From Squalus acanthias (lineage: Eukaryota): a DNA stretch of 64,000 nucleotides. Positions 60,613 through 64,000 of this stretch are shown here, piece after piece (within the stretch, counting starts at the first letter, position 1; every line of letters starts with the position of its first letter). A program made the position numbers and the translations under genes. The notes under the pieces were generated by a model. That model saw only the letters and a list, made by a program, of their open reading frames with translations. It was not told the origin of the DNA and searched no databases. Where the stretch lies: positions 112,346,001 to 112,410,000 of the forward strand of contig CM059431.1 in the NCBI GenBank assembly GCA_030390025.1. Direction: 5' to 3'.

Positions 60613-61335
60613 GGCCCAAAAATTGTGTACTCTCGCGTATTAGATCCTGAATTGCCGGTTTCCTGCATGCACTGCGCGCATGCGCGGGAAACCGGCACTT
60701 CATGAATTCAAAAGGGGGCGGTTCCTAAGTGAACCGCGTGCGCACTACAGGCTGTGCGCACGCAGTGCACTTCGTTTTTTTTTCAGCTTTGAACGCGCAG
60801 GTAAGTGGTGAAGATTTTACACACAAAGAAAGCAGGTGTAGGACCCCCTTTTAACAAGGTAAGTAATTAATTAAGTGTTATTTTAAATTTTTTTCAACAG
60901 GTTTATCTTTTTTAGAGACTTTAAAGAAAGGTAAGTTTATTTTTATAACTTTTAAAAAGATTTAAATTTTTTGTTTAAAGTGGTTAATTTATTTAACTAT
61001 ACTTATTTTATTAATGTGTTGGCTTTTTTTTTAAATTTAATTGAGGTTTAGCTGTTCTTTTGGGGGTTTGTAGTATTCATAGCTTTGACAGCTCTTGCCG
61101 TCAAAACTATGAATGAAAGATGGTGTGCTGCCATTGGCTCTAACTGAATCACGTGATCCCAGAGCTCGCACGAACTAATTGCGCCTCTGGGTCACGCAAG
61201 CACTGCACGGTTCCAACAGAGAGAGCCTTTGAAACTAAAGTTCGTGTGGGCCTGGAGCAAAAAGGTAGGCGCGGAGTGCGATATCGCGGGGAATCCTTAC
61301 CCCCGCGGGAACCATCCATGTTTAATTTCTGGGCC
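60613..61335. mobile_element. Harbinger-type MITE, diverged relative of 18936-19699 in opposite orientation
   Basis: TIR GGCCCAAAAATT / AATTTCTGGGCC; 3-bp TSD AAT; shares GCGGGAAACCGGCACTTCA and ATCACGTG blocks. Confidence 0.85.
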
Positions 61336-61593
61336 AATATGTTGAAGTTTTTCCTAAGCATGCACTCTCTGTAACACTAGATGGCGATCAAGAGACTTCA
61401 GACACTCACTTCACAGAGCCACGTAGTGGCCAGAGCCTGTAACTGCACTGTGACAACTGACATAACAAAATTGAATCGGAAATGTTGACATAGCATATTT
61501 ACTATGGTAGACATTGAGACAAAAGCATGAACCAAAATTTTGATAGCAGAAAGTAAGGTTTGTGCATAGAAAATACGCTCTATGCAAGATTTT

Positions 61594-61624
<31 letters not shown>

Positions 61625-61705
61625 CATACACACGAGTTGATTTTCTGATTTTGTGTGTTCAATGGGAAGCCTATTGGAAATTTGAGTGCACAATACATGC
61701 GATTT

Positions 61706-62024
61706 TCTGAAATAACAACAGAAAACGCTGGAAAAACTCAGCAGGCCAGGCAGCATCCGTGGAGAGAGAAAGAGAGTTAACGTTTCAGGTCGATGACCTT
61801 TCGTCAGAACTGTGAAGAGCCGGAAATCAAATAGATTTAAGGCCAAATTTTACTCTGGCCTTAAATCTATTTGATTTCCGGCTCTTCACAGTTCTGACGA
61901 AAGGTCATCGACCTGAAACGTTAACTCTCTTTCTCTCTCCACGGATGCTGCCTGGCCTGCTGAGTTTTTCCAGCGTTTTCTGTTGTTATTTCAGATTTCC
62001 AGCATCCGCAGTATTTTGCTATCG
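61706..62024. mobile_element. Inverted Penelope pseudo-LTR pair forming a 140-bp-arm palindrome
   Basis: Arms 61706-61845 and 61856-61995, 10-nt spacer; flanking 17-bp duplication TACATGCGATTTTCTGA. Confidence 0.9.
61890..61926 (+). ncRNA. Minimal hammerhead ribozyme motif (mirror copy 61775-61811, minus)
   Basis: AGTT CTGACGA A AGGTC ATC GACCT GAAAC GTT AACT. Confidence 0.8.
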
Positions 62025-62803
62025 TACATGCGATTTTCTGACGATTTAAATTAATGGTCAGAAAATTATGCACCGCATGTACCCGAATTTTCAGTATCTG
62101 CTCCCAAAGGATGAGACTCCCATTGCGAATACAAATTTGGAAAACTATCTCAATATTCAACATGTATATGAACACATTTTAATATATTTCATATATCTCA
62201 TTTAATTTATTTTATTTAACTTCCATTCCCTTTATTCATAAATCTCTAGCATTATATTAAAATCTTCCACTGTACAATTTCATCTTATTTTCCCATTAAT
62301 TAAATTTATTTGATTTGATATTTCCAATATAGCTTTTCTCCATCACACACGTTATTTTGCATCCATGTCTTCATTTTTAACCAACGTTACATTGTCTCTC
62401 ATCAACACCTAAAATATAATTGCTCAATAATACATTCTCCAGTAATCTATATGATCCTCCTTGCCTTATCAAATAACACATTAGGGATAATTTGCCTACT
62501 TTGTGCAGATGATAAGGTGCCTTCCCTGCTGGCAGTGCATATCGGAAATTCAGGACATACACTGCGCATGAATTATGGACCACATCTGAATGTTGGATAT
62601 GCATGACTGATAGGCTAAACTTCCCGCCATTAGTGCAGTCAGAAAACCACCGCTATTGTGTACAGATATGCACACAATCACACACACGATCATGGAATTT
62701 GAACTTGAAAGTAAGACTTCTCCTCCTGTAATTCTCTGTAACAAAAATACATTTTTACTTATTCAATCGCCGTAAGTCAGTGGTTCTCATAGTATATTAC
62801 AAT

Positions 62804-63435
62804 GGCCCGGATTATCCGGGGCCTATGACCGCTTGCTCGCTGCGTACGTGGTCGTAAGTGGCCCTCGAGTTCCAGGTTTCCACATGCGATGCGCATGCGC
62901 GAAAACCCGATCTTGCGATCTGTCATCCCCAGGAAATGGACATCCGCGGGCAGAGAGTTGGGCTATTTGCCCAGCTACTGCCCAGCGAATGCCCGTGAAA
63001 CTCTTACGCCTGGTAAAAGCAGGCGTAGGGCCTTCTTTTACCAGCCTAAGGGTTTAAATAAATCTTAAAATATTTTTTTACTTATTTAAACATAAAAAAA
63101 ACCTTTAAAATTAGTTTAGGTTATTTTTAGCACCTTTAAAACGTTTAAGTTTATTTTTCAAAAAATTAAATTTTTGTTTTAATTGTTTAATTAAATTATA
63201 TTTTAATTAATTTTGAACATGTAATGATTTATTTATATTTAACTGGTGTGTAATTGTGTTTTTTGGGGAATTCCTATTCCTGCTTATGGGGATTCCGTAC
63301 GTTTTGCGTATGCGTACGCGAGGAGGCCCAGGAGCGCGAGTGTTCGAACCTCCGGGACCATCAGGTAGGTTCGTACTTTTCTTGCGGTTCAGGGGCATTC
63401 ACCTGCGGGAAGCCTCCGACCGCAAATTCAGGCCC
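62804..63435. mobile_element. Harbinger-type MITE
   Basis: Ends GGCCCGGATT / AATTCAGGCCC; flanks AAT/GAT; same GC-arm, AT-core layout. Confidence 0.7.
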
Positions 63436-63504
63436 GATATATATGGGAAGGTCTTCAGTTTAGTATGTAACCATCACAGCCGAATATCACACTTTGTTAC
63501 TGAT

Positions 63505-63795
63505 ACAAAACAGAAGGTTTAAAATCATTGGCAACAGATCTAGAGGGGAGATGAGGAGAAATGTTTTCACTCAGAGTAGTTGGGATCTGGGACACTATAC
63601 CTGGAAAGGTGGTGGAAGCTGATTCCATAAATAATTTTAAAAGAGAGTTGGACAGGTTCTTGAGGATGAGGAACTTACAGGATTATGGACAAAAAGCGGG
63701 GATGTGGGACTAAACACGTCTGCTCTTTCAAAGAGCCAGCACAGGCACGACAGGCTGAATGGCCTCCTTCTGTGCTGTATGTTTCTATGATTCTC
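63505..63795 (+). mobile_element. CR1 3' fragment
   Basis: GAATGGCCTCCTTCTGTGCTGT stem-loop region and TTTCTATGATTC tail. Confidence 0.85.
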
Positions 63796-63903
63796 TGAAA
63801 AGAGAAAAAGAAAGTTAATTATTGACTTGGAGCCTGAAATTTCAGATGAATTTAACGATCTCTAACTGATTTGAGAAATTTGCAAGCAACTCCAATTACC
63901 TAA

Positions 63904-64000
63904 GGGGCGATTTTAACCCTACTCGCTCGGCGAAACCGCACGAATGGGCAGTTAAAATCGCCGGGGGGATTCACCCACCGACACCCGCTCTCTACCCGCG
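63904..64000. mobile_element. Left end of a Harbinger-type MITE running off the window
   Basis: TAA followed by GGGGCGATTTTAAC. Confidence 0.55.

Overview
Vertebrate genomic DNA, almost certainly a cartilaginous fish (shark), judged by an HE1-type V-SINE, Deu-domain (SacSINE1/AmnSINE-like) SINEs and dense CR1 LINEs. I found no convincing host gene; the window is dominated by transposable elements. Best-supported items: (1) an apparently intact autonomous PIF/Harbinger transposon (50564-54960; TAA TSD, 12-bp TIRs, 386-aa DDE transposase facing a 3-exon ~488-aa Myb/SANT gene) plus many related non-autonomous elements; (2) a near full-length CR1 (43086-47525) and a nested CR1/DNA-transposon stack (20758-29565); (3) four TGTA..TACA solo LTRs, three of one family with a tRNA-like end; (4) Penelope-like remnants carrying minimal hammerhead ribozyme motifs, including a perfect 140-bp-arm palindrome; (5) several unexplained long direct and inverted repeats. 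Family names come from recognised motifs, not database searches; coordinates were read by eye.
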